In this document: piece after piece, positions 39,274 to 52,890 of the stretch
Layout: each line of letters starts with the position of its first letter
Position numbering within the stretch: the stretch's first letter is position 1
Origin: the human T2T-CHM13v2.0 reference genome, Homo sapiens
DNA: 64,000 bases
Assembly: GCF_009914755.1 (NCBI RefSeq)
Contig: NC_060928.1
Direction: 5' to 3' (one strand)
The notes under the pieces: model-generated
What the model was told of the DNA's origin: nothing
Database searches by the model: none
The model's input: the letters and a program-made list of their open reading frames with translations, nothing else
Made by a program: the position numbers and the translations under genes

Positions 39274-39831
39274 TGTGGCAGGCAGAATTTCTAAAACGGC
39301 CCCTCAGTGAGATCTCACCCTAATCCCTGGAATCTGTGAATAGGATAAGATCTCACTCCTTTAGTTACAGTATATTATATTAACAATTGACATTAAGATA
39401 GGGAGATTATTTCGGTGGGCATATGAGCCCTTAAAAGCCTGCTTTTCTGTGACTTGTAGTAAAACAGGAAGAGATTTGAAGGACAAGAAGGATTTGATGT
39501 GCCCTTGATAGTTTGAACGTGAAGAGAGTCACCTGCCAAGGAAAACAGGTACCCCTGGCCTAATGCCAGAAAGGGAATGAATAGGTATCTCCATCCTAAA
39601 AGCACAAACATTTTGAATGAACTCGGCCAACAATGAATGAAGCTGGTAGTTAATTATTTTCTAGTGCCCAACCTGGCAAGCACCTAGATATCAGACTGTG
39701 AGAACCTAAACAGATAGCCCAGTTGAGTCAGCCCAGACTTTTGAACTGCAGAAATGTGAGAAAATAAGTGGATGTGGTTTTAAGCTGCTGAGTTTGTGGT
39801 TATTCATCATGCAGTAATAGAACACTAATAT
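39274..39831 (+). mobile_element. MLT1-type MaLR LTR
   Basis: tgtggcaggcagaatttctaa start; tttaagctgctgagtttgtggtt...gcagtaatagaacactaata end. Confidence 0.75.
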
Positions 39832-40095
39832 GGAGATAAGATTTTGAAACCTCACAAGATTAAATGCACATTATAATTACTAAATTTCTATCAATTTATT
39901 ACAGCAGAAATAGAAAACTAAGAGTGGAATGTAGGCTCTTCTTATGCTGAAGAGTCTTTTTATCTAGCCTTGCTGATAATCTGAGAAAAAAATTATCACT
40001 TTTTAAAAATTTTCTCAATATTAGGTACATAGCTTAAGTATTACTGTTACAAATTAAAACATGACTTCTTATTTAGACTAAATGACCTGTTTTGG

Positions 40096-43000
40096 GTATG
40101 AATGCATAAAAATATTGTGTTAGTCATTTCCCTGTTTGCTCTCATCTACTCACTTCCCTTCCCCTACACATCAGAGCACTGACTCTTGTACATTATATTC
40201 TCAGGCTTCTTTTCCCACTAATTTTAATTAGGTTCAGTCAATGAGGTGTGCTGATGAGAAACTAGAGATCGAGTTGAGAAAAACAGTGGTAAAACCTTTC
40301 AACCCTCCAGTGACAGCTCCAGCACAGGCTCCTGCTTCAGCTTTGCCGTGAAGTTTCTCCTCCCTCCATGTCCCTAGTCCTACGCATAGGCCTGAGGGGT
40401 GTCTTTAGCTCCATGTTTAAGCGCCTCCCTAGTGTTCACTGTTCCCAGACTCTGGTAACATTATGTGATAACTGGTAATATTTTCTTCAGTTAAGTGACT
40501 TTCTGTAAGTGGCTTCTGGTTGCCTGATATTCTCCTTTGTTCATCTTTCAGTGCCTCTAATACTAGTTCCATGTACTATACTACTTATATTGAATTATTT
40601 AATATAGATTCTATTTTCCTGACATTAATATAATTCTTTTTACTAGAAGAGTTTTAAGAAACATGTAAGTTGGGCTTCTGAAATTAGATTACACACTTAT
40701 TTAAGCTGAAGCACAGTGGGGAGTTTCTTGCCAGTGAGAAAAGGATACCACAAATCCATGACATAAAGTTACATCATTATTACATAAACTATCATCTGTT
40801 GGTTGGTTGTTCTGGAGATGAAATTGCTGTTGCTTTTAGTCATTATGGTAGAAATGATGACTACAAAGTTCATAGTATGATACAGCTACTTCTGGCTATA
40901 CTGAAAAAATAATAAGCTCTCACATAAAAGCTCTCAACTCAAGACACAGAGTACCAGAAAGCTTCTATTGTGGCCCTGAAATAATATCCTATTTCTTATA
41001 GCCACAGGGCAGACATGGCTAAGAATTAAACTCTAAATTTAATAATGCCAGTTGGGGAATAGTAATGCAAGTTGAATAAAACATGTTACTGAGTTTCTTA
41101 AAATTAAAGTTAAGACATTGAAAAGTGAGTTTCTGAGTTTGGACTGGAGACCTTCAATCGGAGTCAGAAGAATCTGAGAAATTTCAACTCTACCAGCAGT
41201 GAAAGAAGCCTGATCTTTCTTTTTCTGAGGAGATACCTCTTCCTGCTTAAACGTCCCATAATAACCTCACTTTGCAATAAGGTATCTATTTTCCACAAGG
41301 CCCATGCTCATTACTCCTCTTTGTCCCTAGACCCATAACAAAACCAGATTCCAGTGTGTTCCTGGGGACCAAGGCAAAGTTTGATGCAAAAGGAGATTGA
41401 CAGATTGACTCAAATTTTTCTATTTGTTTGCATTACCTTAAGATTATGACTTTAATATACAATTTCCAGAAGCTGGAGGTGGCTGTTACACTTTGGTAAT
41501 TCACTAAACACTATACACAAATGTTGACCACACTCAATGAGATTCAAACGCCAGAACATCCCTGGCAGAAGGAAGAAGAAATCTAGATTTAGGGAGAAGA
41601 AAATGTTAGAAAATATTTGTGATGTATATCCACTAGCTTCCCCATAAAGGCTCAAATTACAGTTCCTTTACTGAGGTCCTGTTAACTACCTTAAGGAACT
41701 GGGCTTCAGCATCTGTGAAATCTCTGGAGTGCTTTCCCTTAGAAGGCCAAGGTTAGTATTGAAATCTGCCTGCACTGAAATGAGCTCCTCAGTTTCCGTG
41801 GGACTGCTGGGTCCTGGAGTGACAAAGTTTAGGAAGTAAAATGTAATTATCTTAATAAAAGTGCCCATCAAATGGGCAGCTGGAGTGGATTGGCAAATAA
41901 AATGTTTTGACATTCAGGGATTTTTGATGGCTGCTAATTAATTATTAGACTCCTAGATATAAAAGAATTGTCAGGCTAGTAAAATATTATTGGATCTATA
42001 TAATTGGAAAAATTCTACGTCTGTTCAGAAGAAACTTGGCTTAAGTCACCACAATGGCAAAGTGCAGACTCTCCGATTTCAAGCGCATTCACAGAGGCAT
42101 ATCTTCTTTACTAAAGGGAAGGTTAGATCTCCTTGAATAAAAGCCCTTAAAAATGCCATAATTATATACTATAAATCACTCAAAGGAACTTGAAACCACT
42201 TACCATTGTGGCTGTGCTCTGGGGAAAGGAAAATATGATGATATTCCAAAAATTATTAAATATTGGTAATATTTTGAAGATATTCTCTGGAGACCCGATT
42301 TCCCGTTGTAGTCCATAGATAAGGACTGGGGATTGTCAGGTATAAAATAAAGTATTAAATAAAAGCTGTCAGACTATGGAATCAGTGTTACCGTCGTTTC
42401 ACTTTGAATATATTTCCATCACTTCAAGATGAATAATTGTAATACATATTTGGCAACTGGCAGAATTCCTAAATTTTCTTGCTGACCGTTGCAATAACTG
42501 TTATTATGATAAGAATGGATAAATGAGTTCCTTGACATCCATATTATAAAAAGCAGAAATGGTATTCCATTTCTGAGGGAATTGAAGAGATTAATATCAC
42601 CTACATCTGAAAGATGTAGATGGTGGTGATTTCCATCAGATGACTATTTAACTTGTATATTTCCCTTGTGCAGAAGCCAAAACTTTTGAAAAATCATTGT
42701 CCATTTTTGAAAGTGTCATCAGGTGGTATCTCAAACGGCATTTCCCAAACCAGACATTTTGGAGCAAACTTCTGTACACTTGGTTATCTGGTATGCAGTT
42801 ATTGATCAGGAAACCGTTACACCTGTATACCAATTAATGAAAAAATAATTAGGAGTTTACTTTTGTATTGCAGTGGTAGCAATGCAGTTCACTGTCTTAA
42901 CTAAGCTCTATATCAACTTTCACTTCTCTTTCATGATACAGTACAAAGATTGAGATAGTCTTGAATTTCACAGAACATCATGCTGGTTTGCCTTGTTTGG

Positions 43001-43300
43001 GGTGTGTGTGTTCATGCCCCTGTGTGTGTGTGTGTGTGTGTCTGTGTGTGTGTGTGTAGTTGCACTTGCATGAGTGTGACCTTCTTACTGGATAATCCAG
43101 CACTGGGCAAGACCCTGTGTTACCAGATAACCAGGACTATCAAAATTCCTTCCTTATATGAATGATCCCAAAATTTGCCATATTAAGTTCAAAAAGATAG
43201 TCGTTTTCATATAGCCATGGATTTATTGATAATTCTACGGAACAGAGATCCCACATAATATCCCCAGTGCCTTCTGTAAAGACTGTGAGATTCTGCCACT
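40096..43300 (+). mobile_element. Ancient ERVL-type LTR plus decayed internal region (approximate)
   Basis: An LTR-like block ending ctattttcctgac (about 40623) is followed by motifs reminiscent of ERVL internal sequence (tttggcaactggcagaatt; gaattgaagagattaatatcacc). No open frame remains. Confidence 0.5.
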
Positions 43301-44717
43301 CTGTTATTCTTTATACACTTCTGAAAATTCGACTATGCTATATAGAAGGACTCCTAGATATTTTTCATAATATAAAGGTTTTACACTTTCCTTTGATAGA
43401 AAAATCTGCTTATTTCCTCCTAAAACACACTTAGAAGATTCTGTACAAAACACCGTCAAAGCAAAGAGAATGGGCTTTTTTTCTTTTTGCAAAGTAAAAT
43501 ATCTGCTCATTGGAAAGTCTTTCTCTCTCCATTTGACAGAAGATATCAGATGTCAATAATCTCATACCGAGTAACATGTGCTTCATTTATTTGAAGAGGA
43601 AGAGAAAAACATCCCTAGATATAGGACACTTTTGATGGTAAGAGCTTCCATGTTTTCAGTTAATTCCTAAAGTTCTTGAAGATATGATAAACACATTAAA
43701 ATAAGAAGTTAACAAAGAATTATTTAATAGTACTCTCATGCAAACATTTAATGTTTGCAAGGCAAAAAGCTAAGCACTTGTTTCATTTAATATGAGAAAT
43801 AAATGTGTGAGGTTGATGCTATTAATTTCTACTTTTGTAGGTGAGAGTATAACGGCTTAGAGAAATAAAATAAATTATCTGAGATTACACAACTAGAAAC
43901 TGGTAAATCCAGAATTGTCTCTGACGCCTATTTCTAGGTGACAGCATCATTGATTAATTTTTATATGATTCATTTTGTCTCTATGTATTTTGTTTCTAAA
44001 TTTTCTGCGATAAGAAACTCAATTTTTCTTAAATCTTTTTGATTGTTTTTGTTTATAATGTCAAAAAGCTGATCAAAAAAATTTCAGTAAGGTCTTTATA
44101 TATGTCTCTGCTTTGTATTAAATTTACAGAGCCATATCATTAACATTGCTGTGTAAAGTAGGTGGTTTGTTGGTGTTACGAGACAATATTTAGTTGAGGA
44201 GCCCTGAAAAACTGGCAAGTACATGCCTCATTTAACTGAGCTAGTGACTACTTGACCTAGCTAATCCATGTCATGTTCAAATTCAGTTACTTCTTCCATA
44301 TATTATGTTTTATTTTGTTGTTGTTATTTAAAAAGTTTCTATTCTGGGTTTTATGTGAAATCTTCCTACTTTAAATATTTTCAACTAATTTAAAACCATT
44401 TGATAACTTTGTGCACAGAATGTCTACTGTCCCAATACAGACCAGTTTTAACCTTTTATATGGATAATAACTAAGGTTTTAATTCAATTTTTATTTTTAT
44501 TTTTCTACTCATATATTCTCTATTCTTGTGTAAATTATGACAGTTATTCAGTTAACCTTAATATTTAAACATTAACTTTTATAATACACTAAACAACTAT
44601 GTCCCTATGAAATCCTAACCCTACAATATTAAGAGGTAGGCATTTTGGCAGGTAATTAGGTCATGAGGGTGGAGCCCTTATGAATGGTCTGAGTGCCCTT
44701 ATAAAAGGGACTCTAGA

Positions 44718-46023
44718 CCAATATCTCCCTATTACTCTCTCCCTTCAGTCCCTGGTAATCACCCTTCTACTTTTTTGCTATGAGTTCAGCTATCTTCAAT
44801 TTGCATATATGTGAGGTCATGTGGTATTTATCTTTCTGTGTCTGGCCTTTCTCACTTAATATAATGTTTATAGGGTTATACATGTCACAAATGTCAAAAT
44901 GCCTTTCTTTTTTAAGGCTAAATAATATTCCATTGTAGGTATATACCACATTTTCTTTATTCATCTACCAATGGAAATGTAGAGTTTTTCAATATCTTGG
45001 CTATTGTAAATTAAGCTGCAATAAAACATGGGAAAATAGTGTAAATATCTCTTCAACATCTGATTTAATTTCCTTTGGATATATAGCCAGAAGTGGAATT
45101 GCTGGATCATAAGCTAGTTCTATTTTTAAATTTTTGAGGACCCTCCATATTGTTTTTCATGACTGTATTAATTTATGTTTCTTCCAACAGTGTACAGGTT
45201 TCTCATTTCTCCACATCCTCACCAAAACTTGTTATCTTTTATTTTTCTGATAATAGCCATTCTAACAGGTATGAGGTGATATCTCATTGTGCTTTTCATT
45301 AGTTTTCCTGGATGATAAGTGAGTTGAGAACTTTTTCAAATGCCTGTTGGCCATTTGTATGTCTCCTTTTAAGAACTGTCTACTCATGTATTTTGTTCAT
45401 TTTTAATATATAGTGTAAAACAGTGTGAATATAATTAACAATATTTTATTATTAAAATTCACTAAGAGAGTGTATCTTTTTGTTTATTTGTTTATTTGAG
45501 GCTAGGCCTTACTTTCCTCGGCCAGGCTGGAGTACAGTGGCACATTTAAGATTCACTGCAGCTTTGATTTCCTGGGCTCAAGTGGTCTTCCCCTCTCAGC
45601 CTCCTGAGTAGCTGGGACTACAGGTGCGTGCCACCACTCCTGGCTAATTTTTGTATTGTTTGTAGAGATGGGGTTTTGCCATGTTGCCCAGAGTGGTCTG
45701 AAACTCCTGGGCTCAGGCAGTCAACCAGCCTTGGCCTCCCAAAGTGCCGGGATTGCAGGTGTGAGCCACCGTTCTCAACTTAAGAGAGTATATCTTAAGT
45801 GTTCTCACCACACCAAAATAAGAAATATATTAAAAAATAATAATAAAGCAGTAACAAGGAAAGTGATACTATCTGAGATGACGGATATGTTAATTAACTT
45901 GGTCATGGTTATTATTTTACTATATATATGTATATTCATAAAATTGTAAACCTTAAATATATACAATCTTTAATTGTCAAATATACCTAAATTGAAAAAA
46001 TAAATACAAGTAATAAATAATTA
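44718..46023. mobile_element. 5'-inverted L1M: minus segment about 44718-45406, plus 3' end about 45407-46023
   Basis: A reverse-oriented ORF2-end/3'UTR block is joined to a forward 3' terminus with an A-rich tail; the whole is flanked by TSD-like ggactctaga (44708-44717) / ggaccccaga (46024-46033). Confidence 0.75.
45479..45780 (-). mobile_element. AluJ-like element nested in the L1
   Basis: Reverse Alu with J-type cctgggctcaagt; 16-bp TSD taagagagtgtatctt (45463-45478) / taagagagtatatctt (45781-45796). Confidence 0.93.
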
Positions 46024-46777
46024 GGACCCCAGAGAGTGCTATTGCTGTCTTTCTGCCATGAAAGGATACAAGAAACTGGCAGTCTATAACCCAAAAAATG
46101 TGACTTCACCAGAAATCAACCACGCTAACACCAGCATCTTTGACGTCCGGCCTCCAGAATTATGAGAAATATATTTCTGATTTTTATAAGCCACCCAGTC
46201 TAAGGTATTTTGTTATAGTAGCCAGAACTTCCTAAGACACCCTTGTAAGTAGGGCATTTATAAATGCAAATTAAAACTAATCTCTACTTATCCTTTCTTC
46301 TCTCAGTATGAAAGCTCTCTAGAAAAGTAATGGCATTTATTTCACTTTCTTTTATTTTGTAACTCTAAGATCTTAAGTTACCAGGGGCCACTGTTTAAGG
46401 TTTAATTAACTCAATATGTATTATAAATTTTAACCTAAAGTTTGTCTTTAAAAATGCTTAATAATTTATCATTAGAAAACAGCATTTCATTTATTTAGTC
46501 TTTACATTTTCTCAAGCATTTTAATATATATCATAATGCAATCATAAATGTAAAGTTTCCCTACACTTTAAATGTGAAGATTCATCATCTGTAAACACCC
46601 ATTTTTTCTGCCAGAAAAAAAGACTGTTTTTTCTCAATTCTGCATTAAAATAAAATTAGAGAAAGCAAAATATTTTATTTACAGGATTTCTTGCTTATAT
46701 CAAAGCAATTATGTAACTTTATTTCTTGAAGATATATTTCAGTAGAAGTTGCATTGTTCTCTGTAGGTGACCTTGAG

Positions 46778-48163
46778 TTACCATTTAGTAGAAAGCATTA
46801 GAATAATTTTTTTCCCACAGCAAACCCTCCAATGACCAATTTCTTTTCTCTTTTTCTTAAAAGATATCTGCATCAGTATTTGCACCAAGATATTTCAGTG
46901 CACTTCTTGAAGTAATAGTCTTTTTTGAAACCTTTCTCCTCCTCATTAAAAAAGGGACATCTTCTCCCTCCTAAATGGAAAGCATTCTCTTGTAATTTCT
47001 AGCTCGTAATATTATTTTGGGAAAAAATGTTCTCAGTACTTCCATCTTGACTATTATTGCGGAATGTTTAAATAAGTCTTTCAACTTCACATATGATCTA
47101 CATTAATTTTGTGCATTTTAATTCCCTTGCACTGTTAATTTTCTGAATTTCTGACTTTATTATCCTTCATGCTTTTTTTTTTTTTTTTTTCTTGAGATGG
47201 AGTCTCTCCCTGTCATCCAGGCTGGAGTGCAATGGCGCAATCTCAGCTCACTGCAATCTCTGCCTCCTGGGTTCAAACAGTTCTACTGCCTCAGCCTCTC
47301 AAGCAGCTAGGATTACAGGTGCCTGCCACCATGCCCAGTTAATTTTTGTATTTTTAGTAGAGAAAGGGTTTCACCATGTTGGCCAGGTTGGTCTTGAACT
47401 CCTGACCTTGTGATCTGCCTGCCTTGGCCTCCCAAAGTGCTGAGATTACAAGCGTGAGCCATTTTTAAAGTCTCATCTAATTTACAACTCTTTTCTTCCT
47501 TATTTCATAATATATATTTCTGCTGTCATTGTGTCTGTCTGTGTTTCATCCAGCTCATTTCACTGTCCCTCTAAAATCTGACAACATTTTCATATAGTAT
47601 AACACTTGATATTCATGTTTCAAATTGTTATTCTGTTGTCTTCCAGAACCTGTACTCCTTTACAATGATGTTGAAAGACTCATGCCATTGGTGACAAGTG
47701 GTGAAATTAAACACAAAAATAGTTATCTACATAATTATACTCTATAATACTTTATAAAATGACTGTTTTAATAGAAATTTTACTGTTGCTTTGTTATGTG
47801 AAACATTTTTCTGACTTTAAGGCAGTTGTTATTTGACATCTGAATATTCTGTTATGCCATACATTTTTAAAAGTCAAATTTTTACCACTCAAGTTTATAG
47901 TGAATAGACTTTAATTTAGATAACTATAATTAAATAGTATACTAGGTGGATGTTTGCTTTTTCAGCGTTCATTCAATTAGGAAAGATCCTTATTTGCTTT
48001 GTCTGCAAAGGACAAAAAAGACTATTACTTCAAGAAGTGCACTGAAATATTTTGGTGCAAATACTGATGCAGATAACTTTTAAGAAAAAGAGAGAGGAAA
48101 TTGGTCACTGGAGGGTTTGCTGTGGGAAAAAAAATCATTCTAATGCTTTCTACCAAATGGTAA
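46778..48163. repeat. Long inverted repeat; arms 46778-46927 and 48013-48163
   Basis: Manual alignment of arm 1 with the reverse complement of arm 2 gives 7 substitutions and one 1-nt indel over about 150 nt. Confidence 0.95.
47173..47461 (-). mobile_element. AluS-like element (Sg/Sc type) lacking about 12 nt at its 5' end
   Basis: T tail and reverse body with ctgaccttgtgatc (2-nt deletion diagnostic). Confidence 0.93.
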
Positions 48164-48318
48164 TGTTTTGTTTGTCTTTGCCTAAGTGAAACATCTATGT
48201 GATTTGAATCAGTGTTCTTACCACTTTAAGCAAAATTGAATTAAATTTGAGTCCCTTAGCCTTAAACACAATTCCACTCTTCAGTTTATTAAGGGTCAGA
48301 ATTTGCACCATTAGGTGG

Positions 48319-49028
<710 letters not shown>

Positions 49029-52000
49029 GGTGGTTTCACATTTTGTTCCCCAATGTGTGATATGCAAATAACGAGTTAAAGCAGGTATTAAAACTATCCA
49101 ATCCTGGGTCTAATTTCAGAAAAACCTCAAAATACTACAGACTAACATAGGTAAATAAATGGACAGATAGATAGTAATATAGGCACATATCTTCAAAAAT
49201 AGTGTTTAGCTTCAAAATAGTTTGAATTTTAAATTTTCAGGAATCAACTCATGTCTCTGATTTTAATTAGGTATCAAAATAGAGTAAGCTAAGTATATAT
49301 CTCTCAAATATAAAAGGATATAATTCACAAAGTTTCTGTTAACTAACAATTGGAAAGATAATAAGCACTTCATTTGTTTTGTTCAATTGTGATCAATAAA
49401 TATTTGCTTCTTGCTTATCATTTGCCTTGCACTGTGTAACACTCAACCCTATCACCAGATTACTGTCTTAAGATGTGGATGGGACAAAAATGCAAATAGC
49501 CTGCTCTAATATGATTGGGAAATGCCATCATTGCAAAACAGAATCCCTCTATTGGACATTTAGCACACACTTGGTGGTCAAAGGAAACTTTAGACAATAT
49601 ACTCTTTAATTGACATTATTCACTCTTTATGTTCTCCTGCTGCATTTCTTGAAAATAACCAACATGGCATCCAATTCAGATAGTCTTTAGTAAGAGCAGA
49701 TCAGAGACTTACTGATAAACATCATCCTGTCTGCAAGTTCTGAGCCAAGATGTCTATACCAAATCCATAAATAAGAGTATAGACTTTGGAATAAAGTTCA
49801 CCATGATTTGCAAACCAGATCTTCTATTTTATTTTGTTAACATTTTTATCTGTAAAGTAATGATAAAACTATAATCAGCCTCATAGTTTCTTTTTTAAGA
49901 CCTCTATACAGTAATCTATGTACTAAGTAAAATACTAGATGTCTAGTATAGAGGTAAAAAAGTGTCTATTTTTAGTGTTCCTGTATCTAATATCTCCCCT
50001 GTATTCTCTTAACTAAAAAAGAACTGTCAAGGATTCTTAGAAGATGGTGGAATAGAAAGCACCAAGAATTTGTTTCCCTCCCTAAACAACAATTGTACAG
50101 GCAGAATCATTCTGGTGTAACTGTTTTGGAACTCTAGAGTCCATAGAAGGCTTGCAACTTCCTACAAAGGCATAAGTAATAAATTGAAGTTAATTTCAGT
50201 CAGCATCACCTTTTAGCATAGTAGCTGCTATCCATCCCCCACCCTTTAGCCCCAGGACAGTCAGCTGTGAACATGTTTTTGGAGAAGGTTACACAAATCT
50301 TGCCAGAGTGAGGGTGGGAAAAAAGACCCTGTCCTCCAAATACCAGAGATCTGTGCTCTATTTTACAGTTGTTGCTTCTACTCACATAGGTCTAGACAAA
50401 AAGGGGCATTTGTTGTATTGCACCTCCCTGCATTGTTGCAAGTTTCTCCCCTTCCATCTGAAATGGCTTCCAGAGTGTTTAAAGGGCCTGTATGTGTGTG
50501 TGTTTGTTTGTTTGTCTCCATCTCCACTTTTTTCTCATTCTCCTTTCGAAAACCAAACATTGAACATTAGAATCTTGAAAAGCAACTGCAGACAATGAGG
50601 AAATTAGAAAGTCACTGAACATGCCTAGGGGAAGGTACAGGCTCAGAAAGACCTGAAAATACCTTAAGTTTATGTCTCAGGCTGATCGTTGGCACAGACA
50701 CAACATGCAACAATTTAAAAAACAACAATAACAATAACAAAAACCCTAACAAACTCTGGGAAGGTAGGAGGATCTGAAATATAGTCATTACATTATTAGA
50801 TTCAAATGTCCAGATTTCAACTATGATAAAAAATCACAAGGCACACAAATAAATGAAAATATATGGTTTATGCAAATGAAATATATAAAATAACAAAACT
50901 TTTCCTTGAAAAAGACCTAATTATAGGTGTGTTTGTTAAATAAATTAAAGCAACTTTTTAAGAAATGCCCAAAGAGGAAAAGGAAGACTATGGGGTACAT
51001 CAAGAAAGTGATGTATGAATGAAGCAAAAATATCAATAAACAGAAAGCCTAAAACAAACCAAAAAGAAATTCTGGAGCTAAAATCTATAAAAATGTAAAT
51101 CAAAAATTCACTAGAGAGATCCCAAGTCAGATTTGAGCAGGCAGAAGAATCAGTGAACTTGGAAAGAGGACAATAGAAATAACAGAGCTTGAAAAACAGA
51201 AACAAACAAAATATTGAAGAAAAGTGATCAGAAGGCGAGGGACCTATGGAACACCATCAAGAAGATGCATTGTGATAGCCCTAGAAAAAGAAGACATAGA
51301 GAAAAGGACATACAAAATATCTGAAGAAATTATAATTGAAAACTTCCCAAATTTGATGAAAGACATGAATATAAACATCCAAGAAGCTCAACCACTCCAA
51401 TTAGATAAACTCGTAGAGACTCACACTGAAATACATAATCAAACTGTTCAAAAGTAAAAGACAAAGAGAATTCTAAAGGCAGCAAGAGAAAAGGACTTGT
51501 CAGATACAAGGGATCTTTAACATATTATAAGCAGATTTTACACCAGAACCTTAAGTAAGCTGATATATTTAATGTTCTAAAAGCTAAAATAATAAGAACC
51601 TGACAAGCAAGAATCTCGTATTTAGAAAAATTGTCCTTTAAAAGTAAAAAAAGAAATAAAAACATTCCTAAATAGAAAGCTGATAGAGTTCATTTTCAAT
51701 AGACTGGCCTATGAGAAACAGCAAAGGGAATCTTACAGGTTAAAATGAAAGGATACTAGAAAGTAATTCAAAGCCATATGAAGAAATAAGGATCCTAATA
51801 AAGGCAAATACATGGGCAATTATAAAAGCTAATATTACTATAACAGTGGTGTGTACAGCCACCTTTGGTTTTCTACATAATTTAAGAGACATGCATTAAA
51901 AAAAAAATTAGTCTAAAACTTAGTATTATTGAAAACCTGGTTTGTAATCTCACATTTTAACATATACATATTTTAAGAGATTAAAACATTATGAAATTAT

Positions 52001-52598
52001 AAGCTTATGTTCTTGAAAACTAAATACACAAAAATGTGATTTTTAATTGAAGTTAAACTGGCATAAATTCAAACTGAAGTATTAAAACTTTATAATGTTA
52101 TGTGTAATCCCCATGGTAGCCATAAATAAACTAGCTAAGAAATGTACACAAAAGGAAATAAAAAAGGAATTTAAACATTTTACTATAAAAAATTAGCTAA
52201 ATGCAGAAGACAGTAATGCAAGAAATGAGGGAGTAAAAAACTATAAAATATGTATAAAACTAATAGCAATGTGGCAAAAGTCCATTCTAATCAGTGAACT
52301 TTAAATGTAAATTGATTAAACTCTCCAGTTAAAAGGCAGACATTAGCAGAATGAGTTTTAAAAAAAAAATCCAATTATGCTGTGTACAAGAGATTTGTTT
52401 TAGATCCAAAGATGCATAAAAGTTGAAATTTAAAGAATATAAAAGAATATTTCATGCAAAAAGTAGCTAAGAGAGTAGATACATTAATATCTGACAAAAT
52501 AGACTTTAAACCAAAAAAGTTTCAAAAGACAAAGGATGTTATATATCAATAAAAGTTTCCATGCAGCAAGAAAATATAACAATTAAAAAACATTTCTA

Positions 52599-52890
52599 GG
52601 CTGGGTGTGGTAGCTCTCGCCTGTAATCCCAGCACTTTGGGAGGCTGAGGCTGGTGGATCAGTTGAGTCCAGGAGTTCATGACCAGCCTAGCCAATATGG
52701 CGAAACCTCATCTCTCCCAAAAATAGGAAAAATAAGCTGGGCATGGTGGCACCTTCTCAGGAGGCAGAGGCTAAGAAATGCTTGAGCCTGGGAGACAGGG
52801 GTTACACTGAGCCAAGACTGCACAACTGCAACTCCAGCCTGGAGCATGACTCTGTCTCAAACACAACAATAGCAACAATAACAACAAAAA
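52599..52890 (+). mobile_element. Alu (J/S-like, internally deleted) inside L1 ORF2
   Basis: ggctgggtgtggtagctc start, a gap in the right arm, and a (CAA)n tail. Confidence 0.9.

Larger units (their letters stand above)
44600..46239 (+). mobile_element. MLT1A-like MaLR LTR split by an L1 insertion
   Basis: ggtcatgagggtggagccctt...cttataaaagggac on the left resumes as ggaccccagagag...cctccagaatt...tttgttatagtagcc...taagaca on the right. Confidence 0.8.
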
